Source: Nageia nagi
Lineage: Eukaryota; Plantae; Pinophyta
Direction: 5' to 3'
Length of the DNA: 64,000 bases
Assembly (NCBI GenBank): GCA_050084985.1
Contig: JBITNC010000002.1
Coordinates: 3,968,001-4,032,000, forward strand
Part shown: in pieces, positions 1 through 13,052 of the stretch
Layout of the letters: the number at the start of each line of letters is the position of its first letter
How positions within the stretch are numbered: position 1 is the first letter of the stretch
Position numbers and translations under genes: made by a program
Notes under the pieces: model-generated
The model's database searches: none
Seen by the model: the letters and a program-made list of their open reading frames with translations, nothing else
What the model was told of the DNA's origin: nothing

Positions 1-1404
1 GCTGTGAAAGTTAATCCTTTACGTTCAATGTTGCTAATGTTAATAGTTTCCCTTTCAAGTATAAGTCATTGTGATTTGTGTATTGTCAGTGTCCATGCCA
101 TTTTAAGTGGTATTTATCTTCATTAACCATGGCTTAAGGGTATTATAGGAAGATATTTTAGGTTGTTGTGATCCCAAGCAGGACAAATATAATGTTTGGA
201 TTTGAATAACAACAAAAAAGGGAAACTAAGGTGGTTGTTCATTATCCTTGTAAATGATTGATTTGACTTTTCCAAGTGCACCATTAATAAGTCCTGTTCC
301 TATCCACAAATTTGAATATAACATAACTTGTTGGTTAATACATAACAATAGTTTTTATTGGAGTTGTTCTTCATTAGATTTGAAATAGTTAATTCTTGTA
401 GTTGTTCTATATTGGATATGGAAACAGGTCTTACCAGGATAACCACATATATTTATTATGGTCAGAAACCATTTCATTTGTTACAAAAAGATGAATTGAA
501 GAGAAGAAAGTAGATTGCTCCATAACTGTAACTCTTGAGAATGAATGTGACATTAGTGCTTCCCAATATGCAAATGTAGGTTTTCCATTTCGAAGAGTTG
601 TCACCAAGTTCCAAAAAAATATATGTGCAAGATCCTTACCACTTTGAAGGAATATTATGGTCAATATCATAACTTTTTTGAGAGTGAACCACAATGCACC
701 ATCGTATGAGGATGAAGCATATATGGGGATGTCCTTCATGGGTGGTAGTTGAGCTAGGTCATCAAATAGTATTATTGATAGACCCCCAAATGGAATGTGA
801 TTATTACTTGGATATGCTTCATGTAACCTAATGTATATGAGTTGTAGGAGTTTAGAACCAATGAAAATCATCTCATCTATTATAATGTATTGTATGAAGT
901 ACATTTTTTCTTAGAAGCTTGCAAGTGATTATCTGATGAGAGGGATCATTTTTTAATTGGCAATCAAAGTGTGAAGTAAATTATTGAAGCACCTATATCT
1001 AATGTTGCAACACCTATTGGTGTGAGAAGTAGCAATAAGGATTTTCTATTTGGATCCAAATTTCAAAGTAAAGATCTTATGAATTTGATTAGGTAATACT
1101 TTTCTATACCTATTGTACCTTGAATGATCATTCTGCATGGTGGTTAAAAGTGAGTTTCAATAAGATGTGATTTCACTACATCAAAAATCCTTTTTTGTTC
1201 AATGGATAACCTATCAATGGAATTTATGATGGGAAATGATGGAATTTGAAATATATGATGATTATCATTGATAAAACAATAACTATTTTTTATTATTATG
1301 GAGTCAATAGATATCTTCCCATATTGTATTCAATATCTAGGTCTTATCGATCGAACATGTCAAATTCATCCAATTGCATAGTATGGCCCAAGGTGCATGA
1401 ATAT
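1..1404 (-). pseudogene. PIF1-family helicase remnant of a Helentron/Helitron2-like element (C-terminal part, runs off window start)
   Basis: Minus-strand translation shows a degenerate Walker A RMIIQGTIGIEKYYLI (~1135-1090), IIIDEM and FGGLSIILFDDLAQLPP (ORF 431-904), and IPLKMAWTLTIHKSQ* (~115-70). Stops and frameshifts are present. Confidence 0.85.
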
Positions 1405-1449
1405 GGGTCCACTTAAGGTGGACATATTCACTTAAAAAAATGGTGGACT

Positions 1450-1640
1450 AAAATGAAATTTCAATTTTTAAAGATCAAAATTTTATTTCCTTCTACCTCC
1501 CAAACCAAAACAAAACAAAATTTTGGTATTTAAAAATTAAAATTTTATTTTGGTTCGACATCCTGACCTAAAAATGAAATTTTGATTCTTACAATTGAGA
1601 AACCAAATTTTGGTTCTTAAGGAATGAAATTTTGTTTCAT
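1450..1640. repeat. Left subterminal cluster of degenerate palindrome AACGAAATTTCGTT
   Basis: Repeated aatgaaatttcaat, aacaaaattttggt, aatgaaattttgat, aatgaaattttgtt, consistent with CpG-decayed copies. Confidence 0.6.
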
Positions 1641-1969
1641 AGAACTATAAACCCTACAAAAATAGCCCGTAAGCCCTCATTCTCCCCTATTATGAACATG
1701 ATTTTGGTATGAAAAGGCCCTAACAGAATGCAATTTCAGTCTAAGGAGGTCCACCCTATACTCCTATGCCCTGCATTTGCCACACGACCTTCTTCAGCTC
1801 TCCAAGTACCCTATTTCTTGCTTCTCTTATTTTTTATTTGCAAATATAGTGTACTTTGGCATTTCATGTTTTTTTTTTTACAAAATTAGATTAGTTTAAT
1901 TAAAAAATGAGTAATTAAACATTAAAAGTTTAATTTAGTTTACTTAACCTTAATCAAACTACATAATGT

Positions 1970-2220
1970 AAAACAAAAAACAAGTACCCTTTTTTCAATT
2001 GAAAAAACCTTGACACTAATCATCATGTATACAATAAAAACATTTACCCTTTTGTCAACTTCAACTGAACATTGGCTTGTACAAGCAAAACTTGTACCCT
2101 TTTATCAACTTCAATCTAGAACACTGGTCATGAATCTCGTACAAGAAAAATATTTACATACACTTTTAAAATAACTTCAACCCAATACAGTAGGCTCATA
2201 TAAGAGAAATATGCACCCTA
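1970..2220. repeat. Degenerate ~50-60 bp tandem repeat
   Basis: Four to five copies of acaaNNaaaa..taccctttt.tcaacttcaa. Confidence 0.5.
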
Positions 2221-3599
2221 AAATATATAACTCCTTATAGTCCTATCATATTGGGCATGTTCTTAGATAGTTTGATGTTCCTCAAGAAATTTTTCAATTT
2301 TTTATTTATTACATTCATACTACTGTTAAGAGACTTGAGATTGATAGGGATTGTTATATGCCTCCTTGGTTTGTTTCCTGAGAGAAACCAATCTCATTCT
2401 CCATGACCTATGAGGAAAGATCTTAATGTCATCATTATCTTATATGATTATGTTTCTTATTAGGATACCATTTGACCTACTTGAGTATGTATATTTAAAA
2501 TCAAATACTTTAGATTATTAGTATGTGTATATAGAGCTTCCTACCCTCAACATAGCCAAGGATGCATCTCATCCATCTAGAAATGCCCCTAGTCTAGATA
2601 GAGACATTATTATTCATGTTGTTATTCCTTTGGCTCTTACTTAAGGTAAGAACATGAAACCAAACTTCCACATTTCTTGATAGTTATTTTTACTTTGTAT
2701 TTTTATGTTATATCATAATAATTTAGTAATATAATTAATAGAGTTACTAAGTTGGAGGTTGCTCTTAATATACTTCAACCTTTTGAGGATGATATTACTT
2801 AGCTTTATACTCAAGCGACATATTTTATAGGGTCAAGTTGCCTAAATGAAAATTAGAAAGAAGGCCTTGTAGGATCAATTTGCCATGACTCCTCTAGAGA
2901 AATCATGGATTGTGATTTATGAAAGTTTCTCCTCTAACCTTAGAAGCCACACTAGATACTCCTCTAACCTTTTCTCCTTGAATATTGAGTACTTAATCTT
3001 GCTAATGTTGCTAGACAAAATAGTTTGATTGGGGTTTTATAACATAAATATTTAGCAACCTATTTAGTGAACTAATATTTTACCTTGTAATAGGTCTTAA
3101 AGAGGCCTTATATTCTAATATCTTTTTAATTCTTAAGATCTCTAATTTGTAGGTCAAATGTATAATATTCAACCATATCTCTGTAAGACTAAAATACTAA
3201 TAAATAAAGGTTAGCATACTCACAATGCTTGTAAAGGGGAAGCTCTAGTTACCATATGTCTTTCCAAAAGCATGTTAACCTAACCCTAAGGACCTAGGAT
3301 GAGTTTAAATTCAATGTAAGTTATATGTATATAATATTATTAGTAAATAATTATATGCTTTAACCTTTTTCTCATAAAAACATGTACCTTTTTGTCTTGA
3401 CTTCAATCCAACTATGTCTAGATGTCTTGATAAATAATTTTGAATGAATAAGTATGTGTACATGCTAAAAGAGAAAGGTATAATAGCACATCAAAATCTT
3501 ATGGTACTAGAAAGAGTATAACTCCCTAAAGATGACCAAGAACATACAATATTATTAAGCAATCAAATAAACTCAAGAAATAATCCTCTTATATAAGCT

Positions 3600-4980
3600 T
3601 CTTTAAATTTTACAATCTCATATGGACATGTTGGATGATGCAAGATTTAAGAAAGAAAAAATACTTTAGAACTTAAATTTTTCCATTTTTACAATGATGG
3701 TAAATACTTACCAATTCAATTAGCACTTAAAACTCTCAATATTAGACTTACTACATCATGAAATATTTCTTTCCTTATAATTCATTATTGGGGAGACCCG
3801 TGGGAGACCATGGATCAACTCCATAAGTAGTATACCATCCACTACATATGGTGGTCCTATGTTCTTCTTTATTAGGGAATCCCACTAGCAAAGGTTTAGC
3901 TTACATGCATAGAATTTGTATATAAATGGTATCAAATCCATTTTATACTTGTTCTCTTACAATAATAGACATTAGATTCCATAGGTTGAATTTCAATAGA
4001 GCCATTAATTATAAACCAAGGATGGATACTTGCATTATTATTATTTATTACACTTGAACACATATGCTCCATGAAAATGGAGCCCAATATCAAAGGCCAT
4101 CCTAGATAGTCTTGAGTTAGTTTATAGACACCTTGGACTCTTTAATTATAAAGCTCGATAAGTATATGCATGGTTACTTCCTTACCTCCCCATGGTATCA
4201 AATCTCAATAAGAAATGGAACTTATTTTCTTTCAAGTCTAGAAGGAGGGTTAGCTTTTAAGTGGTATGGATCTCTTATAGTGAACCTAAGCATTAATATT
4301 TTCTTATAATTCTATTTCTTATGGATTACCTATTAGTACTCATCTCATACACCTAGGAGTGGATGAACTCAATGCCCCTTCCACCAACAACTTAAAGATG
4401 TCTCAGATCTTTTTAGGGCATGTAAAAAGGCCAAAGTAGCCTGGTACTTTATTTATAATGTACTTTCATGCTTAATCCCTTGTCATGGTAATAAGATTTC
4501 TTAGGGGACCAACCTTCCTTCACCCTACCTTTATCGAGACTACGTGATATTTATTTATATTGGACATTCATTTTTGCATTTGGAAAGCTAGTTATGATAT
4601 ATTTTTTTAAAATTATTTCTCCCCTTCTTTTAATTTTGTTGAAAAAGCTACAATTTTATTTAATATGTGGCTAGATCTTCATCTAGGTGGAAAAGGTAGA
4701 AATTAAGGTAGAACACCTTCATAGGCTTATTAATTATTGGGGGAATGCACCATTTATGATTACATATGTATTATTAGATTTTTCCTCATAGGATCGATCT
4801 CTCTCCCAATAGAATCATTAACCTATATGTACATACATGCTCTTTACAAATTGATAAGCAAACCTTATTTACAACCTCTACCAGCCATCAAATATTGGAA
4901 CTCTCTTGAGGTGTTAACCCTTAATCATTTCAAGGGATGGAGACACTATTCCCAAACTTTCTAAAGCTAGTTATTAATTA
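3600..4980 (+). mobile_element. LINE ORF2 3' fragment (zf-RVT region) nested in the Sola2 element
   Basis: VWISYSEPKH..LPI..HLG..CPFHQQLKDVSDLFRACKKAKVAW (~4260-4445) and HFCIWKA (~4570) match the plant LINE W..pK..F..LP..C..HLF..C..A..W and W.IWK.RN pattern. Boundaries are approximate. Confidence 0.55.
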
Positions 4981-5337
4981 GAATGATAACTATCACCAAG
5001 CAAAGCATAACGCTAAGGTAAATTGGGATGCCATTTGAACATTAATTATTTTACATATTATGATGAATTAGGGAATATTTTAACATATTCAAATGCATTA
5101 GAGATTATCATATTTAATATCATTTGTATTTTCATAATTTATTTTTAACATTCGTATTTATAGATCATGTATTGAATAAATTATTCATATCGCTTTGAGC
5201 TAATTATGCTTTCATATATTAGATTATGTATATTCACTTAAATTCATATTGTTTCATAATTTAAATTTATATATACATGTGCCCATGTTTTATATTTAGT
5301 AAATTGTTAATGTGTGTAGGTTGTACCTTTTGTTACC

Positions 5338-7400
5338 ATGGATCCCTGATTTCCACCCTCTCCACATCATGAAAACCCCCATTATCCACCTTATAGTCCA
5401 TATGATGAGAACCCCCCAGAGGCACCCTTTAGTCCACCTCATGAAAACCCCCATTCTCCACCCCATAGTCCATATGATGAGAACCCCCTAGAGGCACCCT
5501 TTAGTCCACCTCATGAAATCCCCCTCAATCAGATGAGGATTGTTGTAGAGCAACTATTATTCAAAATATCAACATCTTACAATATATAATTAGTGCACTC
5601 CATACTCCTAGTAGAGATATTTCCCCCCATATGTCACGATTTGAATCTACGATGCAAACTATAGTTGATACTGTTAGGTCCTTGGATGAGGGTATTGATC
5701 ATTACCATACATCACGAGAGGAGGATAGATAATTTTATGCAGATGGTTTCTCTTATAAGGAGATAAATGACCTAAAAATTACTAAACATACAATATTTGA
5801 GTAGTTCATTGATTCCAAAACCAATCAGCCAATCCTACCTAGTAAATAAACAATTAGTATTAAGTGGTGTATCCATCCTGAGATAGCTTGTCATTTTTGG
5901 GATAGATGGTGGATGGTATTCAATCTAGCCCCACATTGCAATGGGAGTGATATCCCATTGTATTTCTTTAAGAAATTACATGTAGAGTTTGTGTTACATA
6001 AAAAACCAAACTACTTTGATATTAAACCATCCTAGGGTGTTGGTCTTGGTTGTCCACAAGATAGGATAGGGGCATGGGTCAATCCTAATCGACCTGCACA
6101 TGTTCCACCTCTTTTCCCTTCTATTGGATCTACTATTCCTACTATTGTTCTTAGTTGTACAACGGTTTCAACATTAGAGGGATTGAGTCAACTATCGGGT
6201 ACTCTCACTGAATAAGCTGCCAATGTGGTAGTTGAGTTCAATAAGAGACATCGAGGAGGATTTGATGGAGAGGGATCTAGTAGCTCATATGAGATGATGC
6301 CTTACACCTACCAGCATTGCCACTAGATGTGTTTTGGGCCCACTCTAGGTGTAGGTGCAGCAAAGACTGATCCTGACAATTTTATGTAGATGTTATTAGG
6401 TGGTTATCCTTCTAGTACATAGGAAAATTTCATGTGTACCTTTAAGGCACACATTTTATATTTAATAAGGATAATTTTATATAATTAATATATCAATCTT
6501 ATATTTGTATTTATTTGGTGTAGAGGATGGGCTCTACATCATCATATGGATATGATTGCAGTTATATTATATTTACTCCTATACAAGATCAGGCACCCTT
6601 CTATGTAATCAAATTTATCGTTCGTTTAAATTGTAATGTCAAGTATTTTCACTTCTGTATAGATGTTTGTGCATTATCATATAATATTTTTGTTATTACA
6701 GGGAGATCATGGGACATTCACGTCTGATAGCCTAGGAATTGTGTTGACTACTCCTGTGGTGACTATTGTTCAAGATCTACCACTCACTGTATATTTTTTC
6801 TCAATTAAATACTAGTCATTATTATGTACTCTTTTTTTCACTAGATCTAACATGTAAATTGTATATATGTTTAAAGGTTGATACCACCATTAGGATGGAT
6901 CCCGACCACTAGGTTACTAGCAAGACACAATTTTAGTATGAGTTGCATGATAGATTTGAGGTAATATTGTTCAAATAATTAGTGTCCACATGCATTTTAT
7001 TTGATGTTTTATTTGATCTATAACATAAATAACATGTATTTATTTTGGGTTTTGCTTTATTTGATCTTGTAGGGTCTAGCTGATGATACATTTTATATTG
7101 ATACATCAGATACACTATAGGTAGCACAACAACATGGTTGCTGAATGAGTAGAGAAGGATCATGATGTGGTAAAATTTATACTTTTTTACATAGCATGTA
7201 CATATATATATATATTAGCATGTTCAATATAATTTATCAAGAAATTGAATCAAATTTTTTAAAAATTAATTGTACTTTTCTTTATCTTATATCTAGCATC
7301 ATGAGTCTAAAGTTTCACCTTCATCATGTGGAACTAAAAGGAATATTGATTATGATAGGGTAGGTGGATGTAGTTATATAGATCCTATGGAATTAGATCT
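5338..7400 (+). pseudogene. Accessory multi-exon ORF remnant inside the Sola2 element, unknown function
   Basis: ATG at 5338, a Pro-rich repeat, then a globular block SIKWCIHPEIACHFWDRWWMVFNLAPHCNGSDIPLYFFKKLHVEFVLHKKPNYFDI (~5856-6025). Further short coding-like blocks follow pyrimidine-rich AG acceptors (~6525, 6700, 6877, 7072, 7296). Stops are present. Confidence 0.5.
5368..5523 (+). repeat. 72-bp coding tandem repeat (HENPHxPPxSPYDENPxEAPFSPP x ~2.2)
   Basis: Units start at 5368, 5440 and 5512; each is two related 36-bp halves. Confidence 0.9.
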
Positions 7401-9244
7401 ATGAGTAGATATGTATCTATTTCATGAATTAGGTCCATGTTGTTAGATATATGCACATTGTCTTAAGTCTTTTGTTATATACATTTTTGAGGACTTACTT
7501 GACTCTAACGAACTTTGTAATTTTTTATATATGTATGTATGTACATGTGTTGTCTGAGACTAGATTTACATTCTTATATAGGATCATGGACATTGTTATG
7601 GTTTATGGATATTATTATGGACATTATTATGGGTCCTATGGACTATATATTATTTTTTGATATATATACATACATATATATATATGATTTTATCATAGAT
7701 TTTTGTGGAGGCATGTCAACGAATTGCATGTTATTTTGATGTTTTTATATTTTTATGTCAAGTTATGTTGCATTAAATTATTTAATGTACACTAAATTAA
7801 ATTTTGATAGGAAAATATAGTAATTATGATAGGGGAATTTAGTGATTATGATACGGGAATTTGTAAAAATACCAAGTTAATCTAGGAGACTTAGCTTATA
7901 ATAAAAATACCAAGTTAATACAACATTCACTTGTAAAATATATAATAACTTGTAAATAACTCGTAAAGCAAAGACGTTAGCTCATAAGTTAAAAAATAAA
8001 AAAATAAAAAATTATTATGGTATGAATCAATAAAAAATTAAATTTCAAATTTTGATATAAGGTTCCTGTAGATAATTATATGAATCAATAATGAAGTATC
8101 TTAATTTTACAAATTACATCTCTTTCTAAGTTAGATCTTGGAATACATTAATAATATCTTAAGAAGTTTATCAAATATTCCAAGATTTTATCTCATGAAG
8201 GTACTATATGCTCTATGGTAAGTTGAAAATACTCTCATAAAATTGAAATTTCAAGGTATAAAATAGCTCCACAAATAGGTTGTCCAAAAGGACCTCAAGA
8301 TAGTGACACCCATAAGAGTCAAAAGTAGGAGATAACCCTTACAACTCTAGAAATTCCTACTAGTAATATTTATAAATGTTTACACCTAGAAATAGAACCC
8401 TAAGGGGTAAAAGTCCTATTTTCCTTCCAAGATGTTGATTTTGTATAAAACATTGTATGGCCCCCTTAATGAATAATAAAGAAGGTTTCCTTGAACAAGA
8501 ATTTTAAACCTCCCAACAAAACTTATTTAACAAAAAGACTTCCTCTTGAAGGCCTCCTACTAAAAACCTCATAACATAAATTTTAGATTTAGATATTAAA
8601 AAATTGTAGCACATTATCCAACTAGGAACTATGACTCTTAGAAATTGAGGTAGAGAAAGAGGAAGAAACCCAAATAGTTAAGAGAACAACATATTTCTCC
8701 TTAATGTTACATGATACATTCCTTCCTAATGTTAAGATGATTATAGAAAGAAAATATTCACAAATTTAGATGATAAAGATCCTCTTCTAGTGTATAAGAT
8801 GCCTAAATGAAAAAAAAAAAGAAGCATATATTGAAAATAATTAAGACCATAAATCAAATGAAATCTTATAGGAAATAAAAATAGAAGAGACAAATCTAGA
8901 TATATTTAAGTAATTTGGAAAGATGATTATTATGTGGTTAGTTCAATGATGATTATTATATAATCCTTAGATTGATTCACCAATCTCTTATTCTCAAATG
9001 TGAACTAATAATGATAATAGAAATGAAAAAACTATAAGAACTAATAAGGAATAGATTAAGGACATAATTAAGGATAAAATCATGACAAAAGAAGACAACA
9101 TTAACAATGTTGAAAAAATTTATTATTAATCAAATTCATTCATCATAGAATGATTCGTTCAATTTGAGTCCTTATTTTTCCTTATCAACTTACCTAAGCA
9201 TAAAAGTTTATATGTACATAAGCTCATTTAATTCATAAGGTACA

Positions 9245-9317
9245 TGTTGTCTATGTGAATCAAACCCATCACCACATTGTTAAAAGCCACATGCTCTACC
9301 AACTGAGCTAAGACAGT
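9245..9317 (-). pseudogene. tRNA-Lys(UUU) pseudogene / tRNA-derived sequence
   Basis: Reverse complement actgtcttagctcagttggtagagcatgtggcttttaacaatgtggtgatgggtttgattcacatagacaaca has an intact D arm/A box TAGCTCAGTTGG and anticodon loop CT-TTT-AA. The B box is decayed (GGTTTGATTC) and the stems are mismatched. Confidence 0.8.
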
Positions 9318-9392
9318 TGAGGGGAAGGAGATGGGAGGAGAAGGGGAGAAGGGAAGGGTAAGAAGGTGAGGTAGAAGAGGAGGAGGAAAGGT

Positions 9393-9448
9393 GTTAGGGA
9401 TTACAGATTATGGATTAGGGGTTAGGGATTAGGGTTTAGGGATTAGGG
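9393..9448 (+). repeat. Telomere-like heptamer array (NTTAGGG x8, degenerate)
   Basis: gttaggg attacag attatgg attaggg gttaggg attaggg tttaggg attaggg, preceded by a GA-rich tract at 9319-9391. Confidence 0.8.
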
Positions 9449-9485
9449 ATAAGAATATTAAGTTATAAATAAGTACCTATATTTT

Positions 9486-12400
9486 TTAGTCTAGTTTATC
9501 ATTTGTATCCTCTCTTTTTTGCAATACATCCATAATTTTTTCATGTTCTTCCATCGAAGTTTTCCACAACACTTTATTATGAGGTATTCCATAAAATCTA
9601 TCAAGTTTTATATTCCTTGCCAGTACCAAGTGTGACTAGTGTATAATATTATTATCTATTTGATAATATTTGTATGCAAGAAAACCATTCTATCTTATGA
9701 TATATGCTCATAAACATGTGCCACCAACCACCATAGAACCTGTCATATACTCAAAATGTATGAGTTAACTTGTGTTTTATTTTAACACATTAAGCTAACC
9801 AATACTCTATTCCCTCTTCATTTCAATTAGGTGCCACAACAACATACACATGTCCTACAACCAAAAATTTTATCAATAAAGTATAACATATATAAAAGTA
9901 ACATATATACATAATTATGCATTCATATAAATATAACAAATTAAATTACCTTCTTGTACAAGATCTAAAACATGATCATAGTCATCCGATGCAAGAAAAT
10001 GATTCTCATCTTCAATTCCTATTTCTTGTTGATCATTTGATTACATCTAGGTGTCAAATATCTTTTTTTCCATTCCTTGACCCATTCTTTATTTGTACAT
10101 GATTCCCAATCACCTACAATACAAAATTGATAAAAACATGCAAGATCTCTTGTCCATAAATTCCATGTAATTGCATTTGAACTCCTAAATGAATGCCACT
10201 TTGCTGATCCATTGATTGTCTAACAATCATGATGACTTAGAATATTCTCTTCCTCAACTAACCAAAAGAATCGTTGAATTGTAAAATTTTCACTTGATCC
10301 TCTAGATAGTTTTATATTACACCAATCCATAATTGCATGTGCATATCTAAATTTGGCTACCTCTTCAAATTTCAGTTGCTCTCTAGTAAGAGCTCTTTTA
10401 ACGCATGCACCAGCTCCATCATGTTCTCTTTTACCATTTCTAGCTTTAAAAAAACTCTACATATGTTGGATATTATTCTCTTTGTGAACCCTACTTAGCC
10501 AATAAAATATACGTGCATTTTTAAACTATCCCTTACAATTATCTAACCAAATTAAATATTTTTCCATTTGAATTTCTCTTTCCTTCAAATTGTTGTAAAA
10601 TACCTTGAAGCAATATTAGATAAACTCAGGTGAATGTAATCAGTTATCACTTATGTAGAAATGGTACTCCCTCAAAAATTTTCTGTTATCTTCAGTACTA
10701 TCAATTGCATGTTTATATACAATATGAAAAAAATGGAAATTTGCATTGAATTGTAATATTGAGACTTAATTTCTTCTTTTGGTGCAAGAGTATAGTTTTC
10801 TACAAAATCAACCACTCATAATATAGTTCCAACTAAAAATGTGTTTCTACATATGCAAAATTGACTATCAAGCCACCAAGCATGTTGGGAGTGTTGTATG
10901 TATTTGGGTAGTATCTTAGTCTTAAAATCATCCATAAATGTATGCACACTAATGTTTTCAATGACCAAATAACATGTTTTCCAATTTTTCCATCTTTTAA
11001 AGCATACTAAATATTCTTGAATTTTTTAACATTCACTAATTGTTTTCCAAATTCATGTTCACTTGTTTCGTGCATACATCCTCCTAAGAATGAAAAGTTA
11101 CCACATCCAATACATTCACCAGAAATACATTCTTTCAAATAAAAGAATTTATCATTAGGAGTTTCACAAAGCAATCTTTCTATAAATTCATTGATATTTT
11201 CATAAGGCATATTAGTAACACCACGTTCTTGCATCAAATCATTAGAATGCAAAGTAAAATTAATATATCAAAAAACATCATAACAATATATAAATTGCAT
11301 ATGAATCTTATAACAACTTGATACTCTTTGCTTGTTAATTTTCACATACCAAGGTTTGCATTTTTCAAATGATCTTTGACTAATTTTAAATGGTAAAAAT
11401 GATTCTCCTAAAAATTTACCATAAAGTTTAGTTTGAATCATATCTAATATGTGTTTAGCATGAGGATCACAATTTTTGAATCCTACTTTTAGTTTCAAAA
11501 TATATCTAGTATTAGATGAAACCCTAGTATTATCATTCCAAAAAATTTCAATTATAGATTTATTTTCCTTATTCAATTTCATATTAGAATGTGGGAGTCT
11601 TCCACTAAAACTCCAACATTAGTTGAGTGGATCTATTTCAATACTTTGTCTTCTCTTTGCAGCTCTTTGTAAATTTTTACGGTTAATGTTTAAAAATCCA
11701 CTAACCTTACCTATGATTTTTTTGTTTGAAGTTATTTTACTAACTAAAGTTGTTTTTATAGCTCCACATGTCCCATTCTTATCTTTTGATCAACACTTCT
11801 TTCCTATAGTGTCAATGGCACTAGCAATAATGGATATAACTTGTTTAAGGGGTTCATCATTCTTCACACAAATGCTTAAAGTTTTCACTACCATTCTAAT
11901 TTTCATCATTTTCATTAATTGCAATAGGAGTTGACATTGAAAACCTAATGTTTTCTTAGAAAAAAATTGATCATATACCATATTCGCATATCTTCTTATT
12001 TGTCTACGAGATTTCTTACCAGATACATTATCTAATCTATTACTTTCAATTTGAAAAAAAAAATATTGTCCAAAGAATTATTAAAACTATAATTTTTGAT
12101 ATCATTTACTATTTTATTTCTCTCATGATTAGAATAAATATCATCTACATTATCAAAATAAGGGTTGAAAGGCATATCTAAATTTGATTCAATATCTACA
12201 ATTCGCATGTCATTCAAAGGAGGTTGTGAAGGCATACCTGGATTCATATCCATAGTTATCAAAATTGAAGCTTCATTCAGTGGTGGATTTGAATATGTGG
12301 TTGGAATTGAAACTTCATTCAATGTTGGATTTGAAGAGGTATTTCCAGGATTTGAAGCTCATTCAATATTGGATTTGAAGAGGTACTTATAGAATTTGAA

Positions 12401-12621
12401 GTTTCTATCATATTTGTCTATTCCACATTTGCATCATCCATGTTCATCTCTTCAATTACATTGTCCTTATTGTTCTCCTGCTCAATTGCAATTAAGGTTA
12501 ATGATTTAATCTTTGCATATCTATCCCTTTATCTTTTTGCCTCCTTTTCTTTATTTGCTTGAATTTCTTCAGGTGTCAAAGTTCTCCTTTCTCTCTTTGT
12601 TTGACGATGTTTTGAACCCAT
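9486..12621 (-). pseudogene. Sola2-type DDD transposase pseudogene with intron
   Basis: Start MGSKHRQTKRERR at 12621. Motifs VVDFVENY..EIKSQYY (~10815-10755), YHFYISDN*LH (~10667-10635), IWLDNCKG*FKN (~10553-10518) and FFKARNGKREHDGAGACVKRAL (~10455-10390) match the DFxENY / SDxxxxQxKN / HGKGxxDG pattern. GT-AG intron at ~9855-9949 (DLVQEG|HVYVV); stop TAA 9486-9488; many nonsense changes. Confidence 0.8.
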
Positions 12622-12894
12622 GTGATTACTCAAGAATTTCTTCAAAATCAAAGATTGAAAATAGTTTCTTTCACCATCAAATATTGATATTTAAACTTCA
12701 AAAATGTTGCAACGGTTACCACCTGAGTTAAGAGATAAAAAAATGGATTCTAAAGACCTTCTCCTCAATAATTTTGCATTAAAAAATGCAAAAAAGTCAT
12801 TGTCAAAGCTATTGGTGATGTAGGGTATAGACAGAATGATGCAAAGTTTGAACATAGTACTATCCAAAGTACTATTGATAGTAATGGATACAAA

Positions 12895-13052
12895 TAGAAT
12901 AAAATTTCATTTGTAACATAATTTCATGTGTAACAAAATTTTGTTATAAAATGAAATTTCGTTATAAACAAAATTTCATTCCGTAACAAAATTTCATTAT
13001 TTTAAACAAAATATATATAACGAAATTTCATTATGAAACAAAATTTTGTTAT
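12895..13052. repeat. Right subterminal cluster of palindrome AACGAAATTTCGTT
   Basis: About 8 variants, e.g. aatgaaatttcgtt, aacaaaatttcatt, aacgaaatttcatt, aacaaaattttgtt. Confidence 0.75.

Noticed and set aside
431-904. Cellular PIF1 gene
   Set aside because: Stops, frameshifts, a second decayed copy nearby and Helentron-type linker motifs indicate a transposon origin.
9245-9317. Functional tRNA-Lys gene
   Set aside because: B box mutated (GTTTGA for GTTCGA) and acceptor, anticodon and T stems mismatched; kept as a pseudogene.
9393-9448. True telomere or chromosome-fusion scar
   Set aside because: Only 8 degenerate units in one orientation, internal to a transposon.
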